From positions 1 through 64,000 of IMG/VR virus record IMGVR_UViG_3300033121_001394: a DNA stretch of 64,000 nucleotides. One strand, written 5' to 3'. Positions 38,426-48,265 of this stretch are shown in pieces. Source of the stretch: a virus (lineage: Duplodnaviria > Caudoviricetes). The notes under the pieces are model-generated. The model saw nothing but the letters and a program-made list of their open reading frames with translations. It had not been told where the DNA came from and ran no database searches. The translations under genes and the position numbers were made by a program. Numbering within the stretch: the first letter of the stretch is position 1; every line of letters begins with the position of its first letter.

Positions 38426-38908
38426 ATGGCTAGTAAGTTAAGTTATTCAGTTTGGCGTCCAAATAAGTCTGGTAATGGTTTTGCAGCAACCTTTGATTAT
38501 AGTGATAAGAATCGCTGCTGGTTTGCTGCTGTTGCCCCTCAAAGCGGTGATGGAGAACGAAGTTTTGATTTTAATAAGAAGATTACGGCAAAACTTGGTT
38601 TAAGCGATATCGGGGCGATGCTTAGTGTTCTTTTGGGTCGAACCCAAACGGTAGGGGAAAAGGGTTTATTCCATACCTCGAATAAGGATTCTAAGGATAG
38701 CACCATTATTAATTTACAGGCAAACGAAAATGGTGGCTTCGCCTTTGGTTTAAGTCAAAAGAAGGGTACTGTTTCTTCAAGAGGTGGAGTTAATCTCTTT
38801 CTAGGAGATGCCGTTGTTCTTGCGGAACTATTTCGGCAAACAATTGTATCTATGTGTACCGAAGAGTACACGCCGGGCGGGGCAGGAAATAATAAACAAA
38901 GTGATTAA
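38426..38908 (+). CDS. Putative ssDNA-binding protein (PC4/Whirly-like)
   Basis: FDFNKKITAKLGLSDIG pattern; strong SD AAGGAG; adjacent to the SSAP candidate. Confidence 0.3.
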   Translation: MASKLSYSVWRPNKSGNGFAATFDYSDKNRCWFAAVAPQSGDGERSFDFNKKITAKLGLSDIGAMLSVLLGRTQTVGEKGLFHTSNKDSKDSTIINLQANENGGFAFGLSQKKGTVSSRGGVNLFLGDAVVLAELFRQTIVSMCTEEYTPGGAGNNKQSD

Positions 38909-38940
38909 AATAAAGGGGCCAAACGGCCCCTTATTTATTT
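38909..38940. terminator. Bidirectional Rho-independent terminator at the convergence of the two arms
   Basis: GGGGCC-AAAC-GGCCCC stem flanked by A-rich and T-rich tracts. Confidence 0.85.
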
Positions 38941-39506
38941 TGAGGTCTTACTACGGCAATCCATCCTGTTATATTATGGCCGCTATCAAACGTTGGTTGA
39001 GCTTCAACGTTGATTTGAACAATTTGTCCGTTGGAGTGGAGCCAACCGTAGGAACATATAAAATTTCGTTTTTCCTTAACGGCTGTGTCCCATTCATCAA
39101 TAACTCGCTCTCTATCTTCGTGGGCGACAACATTAACCCAGTTTCTTCCGAGGAAATCTTCTGATGATCTATTGAGTAATTGGCAAGCGGCTGAATTGAC
39201 ATAAATACATTCACCTTCTACGTTACTTTGCCATTCCGCAATTTCTAACGCCGCAATTAAACTTTTGCTGCGTGCTTCTGCTTTGGCAAGTCTATAATCT
39301 ATATTCACTATTTTATCATAAAGACTCTTTCCGCCGTTAGGACCAAGTAAATATAATATTTGTTCAATCTTGTTGATATTGTTAAGTACTTTAGTTAAAG
39401 GTTTGATAACTTTAGATTTAAAAAATAAAACAACAGATACAAGTGTTAAAATGCCCGTACCAATCTTTACAATCAAATCAAAATGACTTATAAGTATATC
39501 TAGCAT
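38931..39506 (-). CDS. Membrane-anchored PAS-domain protein
   Basis: N-terminal TM, PNGGKSL linker, then PAS (W.SN.EG...YVN...C.LL....EDFLG..W...V..EDRERV..EW). Confidence 0.8.
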   Translation of the reverse strand: MLDILISHFDLIVKIGTGILTLVSVVLFFKSKVIKPLTKVLNNINKIEQILYLLGPNGGKSLYDKIVNIDYRLAKAEARSKSLIAALEIAEWQSNVEGECIYVNSAACQLLNRSSEDFLGRNWVNVVAHEDRERVIDEWDTAVKEKRNFICSYGWLHSNGQIVQINVEAQPTFDSGHNITGWIAVVRPQNK

Positions 39507-39530
39507 AATTACGCACCACAGTAATATATA

Positions 39531-39542
39531 CTATATACACAA
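39531..39542 (-). promoter_or_regulatory. Putative late promoter motif TTGTGTATATAG
   Basis: Intergenic; G is 34 nt upstream of the PAS gene start. Confidence 0.6.
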
Positions 39543-39559
39543 TTAAAATTTATTTAAGA

Positions 39560-40261
39560 TTATGTTCGAATAATAGTAGAATATTTAATTCTAAACTCTT
39601 CAAATTGTAATCGCGTATTATACTTTTGCCCGTATTCAGAATGAAATTTTTTATGACACCCAAAACACAAAGTGATACCATTATTTAAATCATATCTTAG
39701 ATGTAAATTACAATGAAAAGATTCTAGATGATGAGCAACAATTCTTTGTTTAGATTCACAAATAACACAAGTTCTTTTGTCTCTATCTTTTACACCTGTT
39801 TTCCAATCAAATTCTTTTTGACAAAATTTGCGTTCTCGTTTTTTCTCACCAAGTTTACCATATTTCAATCTATTACTGTTAGACAATTCTAATAAACAGC
39901 CACAACTTAAAACCCTATGGTGTTTTAATAAAGAACCTCGTCCTACCCAAGAATTACCGCAATCACATTTGGCTTCCCATAATCGAGTACCACCTTTGTG
40001 ATTGGGGGCGGGTTTCAAAGCAATCAATTTGCCAGAACGTATACCTTTTAAATCATTCCTTAAATACCGACAATCACCAAAACCACAAGAGGTTGTTAAT
40101 CCTTGTCGTAACGAATTTTGTTTCACACTAGTTATTTTACCACATTCGCACCAACATAACCACTTTCTATCCAAATCTGTCTTAAAATCTTCAAAAATCA
40201 CTAAAAGTTTTCCAAATCTTTGTCCTAATAAATTAATTTTTTTATGTTCGGGCCATCCCAT
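39560..40261 (-). mobile_element. HNH homing endonuclease with two N-terminal repeats
   Basis: GQRFGKLLV..CECG repeats; CVIC..AHHL..NNGITLC..CH. Confidence 0.8.
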
Positions 40262-40262
40262 A

Positions 40263-40634
40263 TTATTTACCTTCTATAGTTAAATGAGTCCATTTGTCAC
40301 ATTTTCCTGTTTGAGTTTTACAAATTAACAAACAATTACAAGGAGCGTTGTTTTTATTAGGATCGGGCCTACTACATTGCGAAGCACTAGTCATCTTCCC
40401 ATCTTTCTTGGTAGAAAATTCACAATTACGACAAATATCCCTATTCTTTTTAATATCCTCATCGCTATAAGATTTATCTCCGGTAATGCATTTAGCGATA
40501 CCCATCGCCCCCTCTTTTAACCATTCCACCTTATTAGGTTGTTGTTTAAATGCTTCTAAAAGATTATGAGCAACATGTTTCGCTCCACCCTGAAACATTG
40601 GTGTTGGTTGCCCTTTATTACAATTACATCCCAT
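40263..40634 (-). CDS. Small Cys-rich protein
   Basis: MGCNCN, CRNC, CNCLLIC; AGGAG SD. Confidence 0.6.
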   Translation of the reverse strand: MGCNCNKGQPTPMFQGGAKHVAHNLLEAFKQQPNKVEWLKEGAMGIAKCITGDKSYSDEDIKKNRDICRNCEFSTKKDGKMTSASQCSRPDPNKNNAPCNCLLICKTQTGKCDKWTHLTIEGK

Positions 40635-40644
40635 TATTAACTCC

Positions 40645-42915
40645 TTAAGTACATCCAGTTGATCCTAAAAAGCGTGAATCACTAGCTCCTATACCTGAAG
40701 CATACCCAATTTGAGGATAACCACAACTAAAAGTTGCTACACTATTTTCCCAATTTTTAATATAAGTGTATGTTTTTCCATTAGTTGGAATACTAGTAGG
40801 ACATTCTCCCCAGATTGGCTTATTATTATTAGTGGTTATAGTAGAATTACAACTGCCAGTCCAATTATATGGAGCAAGAGTACACGCATTAAAACTTACT
40901 ACTCCACTGGATACACGACTTTCTACATAATTACTAGAACCATATCCACATAAATCTAAAGAAGTATTAAAAGTATAACTTCCAAAACCACCGCATTCTT
41001 CTCCGTAATTGACACTTCGAGGTTCACATGTTGCTCCGTCTCCATCACATCCAAAATTACAAGCCCCAAGACTAAATGTGCCAGTAGGAACACTAGGTGT
41101 TGAAGGAAAATTTTGACAACTAAAACAGTAAGTGTTATTAGTGGGCGATCCGGCATCGATCCAAACTCCAGATGTACAAAATGTCCCACCGCAAGCAGAA
41201 CTAACAGTATTGTTTTCTGTAAAACAAACCCCCGTTCCACCATTTATAGTACATCCACAGGTAGTAGATATTCGTGTTAAACTTACATTTAAGGAGTGAG
41301 AATTATTACCATTCCAACATAAACCTGCTGAATTACAACAGCTAAAACTTCCTCCGCAAACACCGGGTGGTAAACCGCATTGTCCAATATTGATAAAATC
41401 ATATAATCCAATAGTATTGCTAGTATCCCACCCACATTTTTGTCTAGTGCTTGTATTTGATTCTGAAAGCGAATAAGTAAGAGTTTGTGTAAATGGATGA
41501 TGTACTCTCGAACTCAAACAACAAGTTCCCGCATTTTCTTCTGCTGTAAAACCACATTCACAACAAGCAGTACCGCAATCAATGTCTATCCTGCTACACA
41601 CGCTACCATTTGTACAAACTCCACTTGCTCTTAATGGAGAAATAACTGGTCTAAATAAAGCTTTTAAAGTAATACCAGTGGGTAAATAATCATAATATTC
41701 TGGATAAACTAATCCTAAATTTTCAATACGATCCCAATTATCGCACCGTGGACAAGAATTATAAGTAATACTACTACAATTAACACCGTCTGGTGCAGTT
41801 TTACATCCTCCCGGTAAACCAAAATAGGCAGAACCTCCGGGTATTTCTAATATATTAGCAATAGTTCCCGCCATAATATCTTCGGGAATAAAATTCCACG
41901 GATGTGTTGAACAAAAAACACCTAAACCTCTTTGGGCTATATATGAAGAAACGGGCCGAGTTCTTGGAATATTTTCTTCTTTAATTTTTGGTGATGCAGG
42001 ATCTAAATATTGACACCATCCGTATTGATTAGAAATTAATGGATTACCCGGATTGCAAAATTCCGTATATCCCGGTAAACCTACATCTTGCCCATATTGA
42101 AATAATGGTCCAGCATCAGGATTATTAATATCTACGATCATAAAGGGAACCTTTACAAGCATTGGTATATCACAATCTGGATGTAAGTTACTTTCACAAA
42201 TATATAGAATAGGTTGATTAATAACAAAATCGGCTGCGGGAGTATAAAAATCTTTCCAATAATTATTATTTAATAAAGAATTTCCTTCTTGATTAAAAGG
42301 GTGTGGATAATTTGAACCAACTCCATTTTTACACCGATATACAGTAGAACAAGGGCATCGTTGACATGCATAGTACCAAGTAGTTTTACATACAAAACTA
42401 GAACAGCCATATGAAATTAACCAACCATTATCTACTACTTTTTCACCACCGCAATTTAATAGAGAATCAGCACCTAAAGTACGACTACCAGCGGGAACAC
42501 AGTGGGTTAATTTGGGATCATTAAAAATTACGTCATCTGTAGTCCAATTACATCGTCTACGAATAAAAGATTGTAAATCAACAGAACCATTTAATAAACT
42601 TAAAGGTCGATCAAAATTAATCAGAGGTTCTTTATAGGAATAATTAAAGCGAGTAGGGGCGACCGTGGAATATTCATATGATCCCCCATTAATACTCGTT
42701 TGATCATCTAACCATACCTCATGAAATAAATCTGATCCGGTGGTAGCAATAAAAGGATTAAACGTAGAACTATTTAAAGGATTAGTGAACAAAACTCCAG
42801 TAATAACCAGAACCCCCTTTGTCAGTATTAATAAATCCAGTAGATAATAGACCAGTACCATTAATAATACCACTCGCAATATATGTAAATAATTTATTTT
42901 GTACATTAATATCAA
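40645..42915 (-). CDS. Large Cys-rich putative tail-associated protein (N-terminus uncertain)
   Basis: 756-aa ORF with about 49 Cys by hand count; overlaps the upstream ORF by 134 nt. Confidence 0.6.
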   Translation of the reverse strand: MILMYKINYLHILRVVLLMVLVYYLLDLLILTKGVLVITGVLFTNPLNSSTFNPFIATTGSDLFHEVWLDDQTSINGGSYEYSTVAPTRFNYSYKEPLINFDRPLSLLNGSVDLQSFIRRRCNWTTDDVIFNDPKLTHCVPAGSRTLGADSLLNCGGEKVVDNGWLISYGCSSFVCKTTWYYACQRCPCSTVYRCKNGVGSNYPHPFNQEGNSLLNNNYWKDFYTPAADFVINQPILYICESNLHPDCDIPMLVKVPFMIVDINNPDAGPLFQYGQDVGLPGYTEFCNPGNPLISNQYGWCQYLDPASPKIKEENIPRTRPVSSYIAQRGLGVFCSTHPWNFIPEDIMAGTIANILEIPGGSAYFGLPGGCKTAPDGVNCSSITYNSCPRCDNWDRIENLGLVYPEYYDYLPTGITLKALFRPVISPLRASGVCTNGSVCSRIDIDCGTACCECGFTAEENAGTCCLSSRVHHPFTQTLTYSLSESNTSTRQKCGWDTSNTIGLYDFINIGQCGLPPGVCGGSFSCCNSAGLCWNGNNSHSLNVSLTRISTTCGCTINGGTGVCFTENNTVSSACGGTFCTSGVWIDAGSPTNNTYCFSCQNFPSTPSVPTGTFSLGACNFGCDGDGATCEPRSVNYGEECGGFGSYTFNTSLDLCGYGSSNYVESRVSSGVVSFNACTLAPYNWTGSCNSTITTNNNKPIWGECPTSIPTNGKTYTYIKNWENSVATFSCGYPQIGYASGIGASDSRFLGSTGCT

Positions 42916-45139
42916 AATATGAATAATTTAATGGAATATTGGGGTCTTTACTAATATTTACAATATTTTTAGTACATCCTTGTATAGCGGTAAACCACAT
43001 ATTATTATTACGAGAATAATAATAAGTTCCATAAGGTTCTACGTGAGGTAATTTAGAATCAAAAATACGGCAAATAGGAGGGGTGTGGGCGGCTATAGTA
43101 GTAGATGGATTATTGGCATAAATATCAATAAATGGTGAATCTGGATTATCGGGACTGGATTTAAATAAAGAATTATATGGTTTGGGGCCAACAATAATAT
43201 CTGCTCCACTCCATAAACCACTATCTGCAATAGGACCATCAGTAGAACTAAAATATCCACCAGCTACTTGTTCAAAAAGTTCTGAAGAAACATTAATAAT
43301 TTTAGAAGCTGGAACCGATCCGGCATCAATACTACCTAAAGCAAAAGCAAAAATATTGCAACCATAATTTTTAACTGTTAAATTATTAACAGCGTTAACA
43401 AAATCTCCAACTGTTTTACCTGAACAATTATAAATAACCGTAAAACAATCACAACCTGTACCTAAAGGTCCATAATATCCACTAACAAAAGGTGTCAAAG
43501 TAGAAGGATCAATTTCAATATAAAATGATAAATCATCAAATGCCGCAGTACCTACATAAAAAGGTACGGGGCGGCGAACACAAAAATTAATCTCAATTTC
43601 CTTAGTTTCTAACCATGTGCCTTTTGTTTTAATAGTACCCTGTGGTTTATAATCAAAACCAATACGCTCTGATGCATAGGAGCCGGGTCGATTTAAAGAC
43701 AACCAACTCTGCCCACCCGCTGGATTTAAAGCATCATTAAATGGGAATTCATATGCTTTATGAACATCACTTTCAATATTATTATAATATGATCCAAATG
43801 GTCCCCAAGGAATATTTTGATGAAATTGAGGAATAAATAATTCTGTAATACAACTACATGGAACTCCACTGTTATAACAAGTATTACCAGAACCAAAATT
43901 ACAATCTGGTAATGCGTATAATTTTCTATCAGTATGATAATCGTATTCTAATCTACCTTCTTGACCAAAGACAAAATAATTAGGAGACAAAGAATAACAT
44001 TGTTGTCCTAAAAGAAAAACTCTATCTAAATTTGCCCAAGGAATATTAGCAATTGGTGTCCCACCCGGACCAATATAAGCATAACCAGAAACTACAGACG
44101 GACCCAAACTTTCCCATCCAATTGTAGCATTTGGTCCTAATTTAGCTCCTCTTTGTGGACAACATTGTAAAGAGGAATCAAAAAAAGCTGGTCCGCCCGG
44201 CCAATCTAAATCTTCATAAGGACAATCATTACCTGTACCTTTAACTGTATAATTACTATGAAAACCTAAATAAGTTTCACCTGTATCATAAATACCATAT
44301 TTTCCAGAAGCAAATGATATATTTGAAATAGAAGCCGGAACTAAAGATTGTTCATAAGGAATAATATATGGTTGCTTAATTCCACATAAATCTCCACCAA
44401 AAGTAATATCAAAAACTAAATTAGTACTTGTATTACCTATATAGGTATTATGTGTAACGGTTATACCACTTCCAATCCCAGAAATAAGAGCATTTCTTAT
44501 ATTATTAGCAAAAAGACTTGGAGTACTATTATAATTAGCATAGGGTGTTATAGTATTATTAAAAGAAAAATTTATTCTACTATTTCTAGATCCTAGCGTT
44601 TTAGTAGAAGCAGTTGTAAAAGTAAGAACGCCAGTTGAAACCAGTGTCGCGGCATTTTCTCCATCATAACTAAAAGTGTTTGGTACCGACCAATTAAAAG
44701 ATGGAAAATTATTAACAAATAATTGAAGTTGATTAGATGTTTTACCAATTAAATTAAAACCACTAGAACCCACTGTTGGTTCAGTAATTGTTAATGTGGT
44801 ATCATCGATGGTAATTTCTGCTGGAAAATTACTGCCGCCATAAGAAAAAGAAATTAAATTAGCAATTTTAGTAGTTGTTAAACCACTTGTTGTTATTCTT
44901 AATTGTTGACACTCACATACATTATTAGCAGTTCCATCGCATCTAGATTCAGAATTAACATATTTTCTATTTTTTAATTGATCCTGATCCCAATCGGCAC
45001 ATAAGGCTGTTTTGTAATCCAATGACATGTCACAGGGCACAGCTTCCCAAAATAAACCACCTTCATCACAACAACACTCGTTAAGTTTGTTATTAGATGT
45101 TAAAAGTAAATGATTGGAATAATATAAATAACCTGACAT
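42782..45139 (-). CDS. Large Cys-containing putative tail-associated protein
   Basis: 785 aa; N-terminal LYY..LL..NECCC; beta-rich middle region. Confidence 0.6.
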   Translation of the reverse strand: MSGYLYYSNHLLLTSNNKLNECCCDEGGLFWEAVPCDMSLDYKTALCADWDQDQLKNRKYVNSESRCDGTANNVCECQQLRITTSGLTTTKIANLISFSYGGSNFPAEITIDDTTLTITEPTVGSSGFNLIGKTSNQLQLFVNNFPSFNWSVPNTFSYDGENAATLVSTGVLTFTTASTKTLGSRNSRINFSFNNTITPYANYNSTPSLFANNIRNALISGIGSGITVTHNTYIGNTSTNLVFDITFGGDLCGIKQPYIIPYEQSLVPASISNISFASGKYGIYDTGETYLGFHSNYTVKGTGNDCPYEDLDWPGGPAFFDSSLQCCPQRGAKLGPNATIGWESLGPSVVSGYAYIGPGGTPIANIPWANLDRVFLLGQQCYSLSPNYFVFGQEGRLEYDYHTDRKLYALPDCNFGSGNTCYNSGVPCSCITELFIPQFHQNIPWGPFGSYYNNIESDVHKAYEFPFNDALNPAGGQSWLSLNRPGSYASERIGFDYKPQGTIKTKGTWLETKEIEINFCVRRPVPFYVGTAAFDDLSFYIEIDPSTLTPFVSGYYGPLGTGCDCFTVIYNCSGKTVGDFVNAVNNLTVKNYGCNIFAFALGSIDAGSVPASKIINVSSELFEQVAGGYFSSTDGPIADSGLWSGADIIVGPKPYNSLFKSSPDNPDSPFIDIYANNPSTTIAAHTPPICRIFDSKLPHVEPYGTYYYSRNNNMWFTAIQGCTKNIVNISKDPNIPLNYSYFDINVQNKLFTYIASGIINGTGLLSTGFINTDKGGSGYYWSFVH

Positions 45140-45140
45140 T

Positions 45141-46256
45141 TTAATCCATATTAGCTGAAAGATATGGTCCCAAAGTGGTTACTGAAGCTGCTTGAATAGT
45201 GCCACTCCATCCAGCAATATTACCAGAAAATCTTGGAGCAGAAGCTTGAATTTGTATAAATCCCCTACCATTATCTACCGCACTTATTTGTCTTACGTTG
45301 GGTTGAGTAGTTGCCATATTTACTCTGTAACCAGCCCATAAATAAATTCCAGAAGATACAAGATAACCCGAATTATTTACAAAACCAGTTATATTTTTGC
45401 AAACTTTTGGCGACCCACCCTCCATATTAGTAATTGCATCACTATATACGAGTTTAGTAAAAATTAAACCAGAACTACAAGGGGGCAACGAAGTAGAAAA
45501 TAAACCCACCTCTGCTGTTTGGGTTCCTCTTCCAGAAGTATTTATTGTAAAATTAACATTCATAATTCTTTTTTCTTCGGGCGTTCTACCTAAAAATACA
45601 AAGTAAGCCTGATTGCTTGTAGTAACAGCATTAGCAAATGCAGTAAAAGGACTACTGAAACATCTTTTATATTGTTCTAGTCCTTTTAATAATCGCGTAT
45701 TTGTATTTACGATTTTATCATTTAATTGAGTTTGAATGTTAGAACTAGTTCCACTTAGATTTTGAAATGTATTATTATCTATAGAACCATCAGCTAAATA
45801 AGAAGCGTCAATTTGAAAGGTAATATCACCACTATTTAATAAGCGAGGTGTAACATCTGCTCCACTCGTAGACTGAAACCAAAAACCAGACGACGTATTT
45901 ATAATACCACTTAAAGCATTAAGTTGGATATTGGATTCAATAATATCAAAAGTAGGATTGCCAGAAACACCGTTATTATTAACGATCTCAATTTTATTAG
46001 AATTGGCAACTAAAGTGCGACCTAGATAATTACCTGTTGAACTAATATAAGTAAATAAACCCGGATTACCCGTATAACTCGCTAAATTACCATCGCCACC
46101 GCCCGGCCCTCCTCCAATACTATTAATCTGAGTTTGGATATCTGACGTTACATTTTTAAGATAATCTAATTTAGAAAAATCAACAGTACCACTACCCAAC
46201 AAAATAGGGTCAATACCACTAGCTAAATTCTGAGAAGTAATTTTTGTTAAACCCAT
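45141..46256 (-). CDS. Putative tail fibre/collar protein
   Basis: S/G/N/T-rich, short coiled segments (TSDIQTQIN; SSNIQTQLN), C-terminal beta domain. Confidence 0.5.
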   Translation of the reverse strand: MGLTKITSQNLASGIDPILLGSGTVDFSKLDYLKNVTSDIQTQINSIGGGPGGGDGNLASYTGNPGLFTYISSTGNYLGRTLVANSNKIEIVNNNGVSGNPTFDIIESNIQLNALSGIINTSSGFWFQSTSGADVTPRLLNSGDITFQIDASYLADGSIDNNTFQNLSGTSSNIQTQLNDKIVNTNTRLLKGLEQYKRCFSSPFTAFANAVTTSNQAYFVFLGRTPEEKRIMNVNFTINTSGRGTQTAEVGLFSTSLPPCSSGLIFTKLVYSDAITNMEGGSPKVCKNITGFVNNSGYLVSSGIYLWAGYRVNMATTQPNVRQISAVDNGRGFIQIQASAPRFSGNIAGWSGTIQAASVTTLGPYLSANMD

Positions 46257-46283
46257 AATCCCAAACCTTATGTCCTTATAAGA

Positions 46284-46295
46284 CTATACACTTTT
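46284..46295 (-). promoter_or_regulatory. Putative late promoter motif AAAAGTGTATAG
   Basis: Directly after the upstream stop; G is 35 nt before ATG 46256. Confidence 0.6.
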
Positions 46296-48265
46296 TAACT
46301 AAAAGCACCAGCCCCCATAGTAGAATCTATACCTTGATATGTAATTAAAATATTATCTAAAGCGGCAGGTATATTACCAGAATTAAAATAAATACCTGAA
46401 CCACTTAAAGTATAATCGTAACCAGAACCCTGACGTTGTAACAAACCATTTTTAAATAGCATAACAGAATTAGAATTGATTGGAGCGGTTGGCATAATAA
46501 AACCGCTATTACTACCATTTTGCACACCGCTCAGAGAACGATTCCAGTAAATAACAGGAATTTGATTATAAGAAGGTATATTACCACTAGCTGGTAGATA
46601 TACAGTATTATTACCTGATGTTGTGGAAACCGGCAACACATTTATTCGTGATCCAGAAACTCCTAGGAAGATGCTACCACTTATACCAAATCCAGCAATT
46701 CCAGAGCCAATTAAATTAAGACATTCTAAAGAATATGGTTGATTAACACCGGGACGAATAGTAAGAGCAGAAGTTGTTGAGGTATTTGTAGCATTAAATA
46801 TTTTAGCATGATCTACAATTTCAATTCCACTTACAGCAAATAAAGTATTTAAACGACCAGAAGTAGCAACAGCTAAACAACCGCTCGTAAAAGAAAAACC
46901 AAAATTTGTGTCTCCAAAATTAACCGGAGGATTTGTAATAATACCAGTTGGTACTCTAATACCAAGAGTAAAATTTTTAATACCACTGATAGATTGAGAA
47001 GTAGATAAATCAACAAAATTTTGAGTGGAACTACCAGTACCACCCTGTCCAACACTTAAAGGCGTAGTTAAACCATTAAGAGAAGTAATATTACTATTAG
47101 CTCCTGCTGAAACAAATGCAACACCCGTTGAAAGTTGAATCAAAATACCTGTATTAACTATGGTGATAGAAATACCAGATCCATTAATAAATGGTTTTGA
47201 ATCAATAGTAGTGCCGGAACCAATAATAACAGAATTAGCATTGTATACTCCTTTGGTTGTTCCACCAAATTGAGTTTGAATCTTATAATTCTTTAAAGCT
47301 GCAAAAAGACCTGTTCCTGTTAAAATTTTAGATGAATTCCAAGGTTCTCCATCAGAACTTCCACCATATAAATAATCACTAGTTAAAGCAAAACTAGAAG
47401 TGCCGGTGGCATCACAAGATTGCGTAGCAGGAATCTCATACAATAAAGCACCAAAACCGGGAATACCATTCGTAATGGTGTGAAGAATAAAACAATAGTC
47501 TCCAGAAATATAAGGATAGACCTTATATGTATTATTACGAGGTTTTTGTCCTACGTGCATAATACCTGTTAAAGTAAGTTGACTTGCCAATCCATCATTT
47601 ATTCTTACATCATATCTAATATTTTCAGCAAATACGGGCACAGTAGGATTAATTACGCCCGTAACATTTGATTGTAAAACTCTTGCTGAATAAACACTAT
47701 TAGGTGCTGTCCAAACCCCCCGACCATGATCCCAGCGTAAATCTAGGGGACCAGCCTTCCAAAAAGGATAAGGCACTTCATTTAATCGAATACCACTACT
47801 ACCATATTCTTTTTTGAAATATATTGAAGGTATAGTTGCATTAGAATTATAGATACCACTTATATCCCAACCTACATCATAGTTGGGTGCCGGATATCCA
47901 AAAATATCATAACCGGGTCCAACCATATGTAATGGATTCTTAAATCCATAAGTTCTTACTGAACTTGGATCGGGGGTAGCTGTAAATAAATTATCGGGTA
48001 ATCCAGTGCCCCAAATTAAACCTTCGCCGATTGTGTTAACACCAAATGGATTTAAACCAGTTGATGTAGCTCCATGCACTAAACCAGAACTACTAATTAA
48101 TGGATATTGATAACGAGGAACACCACTTAAATTAAATTGCGTTGTAAAAGGTTTAAAATATCCATCTGTTCTAATACCATAACTATAAATATAACCGCTT
48201 GGCGTCCCAAGGCGTTTTTCAAATCCTTTACGATCTGTAGACTGTGTTTTAGGATTATATGTCAT
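46295..48265 (-). CDS. Putative tail fibre / minor tail protein
   Basis: GPLDLRWD motif, fibre-like TPLSVGQGGTG, C-terminal NG..F..NGLLQ..DYT.SG..I.F module. Confidence 0.55.
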   Translation of the reverse strand: MTYNPKTQSTDRKGFEKRLGTPSGYIYSYGIRTDGYFKPFTTQFNLSGVPRYQYPLISSSGLVHGATSTGLNPFGVNTIGEGLIWGTGLPDNLFTATPDPSSVRTYGFKNPLHMVGPGYDIFGYPAPNYDVGWDISGIYNSNATIPSIYFKKEYGSSGIRLNEVPYPFWKAGPLDLRWDHGRGVWTAPNSVYSARVLQSNVTGVINPTVPVFAENIRYDVRINDGLASQLTLTGIMHVGQKPRNNTYKVYPYISGDYCFILHTITNGIPGFGALLYEIPATQSCDATGTSSFALTSDYLYGGSSDGEPWNSSKILTGTGLFAALKNYKIQTQFGGTTKGVYNANSVIIGSGTTIDSKPFINGSGISITIVNTGILIQLSTGVAFVSAGANSNITSLNGLTTPLSVGQGGTGSSTQNFVDLSTSQSISGIKNFTLGIRVPTGIITNPPVNFGDTNFGFSFTSGCLAVATSGRLNTLFAVSGIEIVDHAKIFNATNTSTTSALTIRPGVNQPYSLECLNLIGSGIAGFGISGSIFLGVSGSRINVLPVSTTSGNNTVYLPASGNIPSYNQIPVIYWNRSLSGVQNGSNSGFIMPTAPINSNSVMLFKNGLLQRQGSGYDYTLSGSGIYFNSGNIPAALDNILITYQGIDSTMGAGAFS

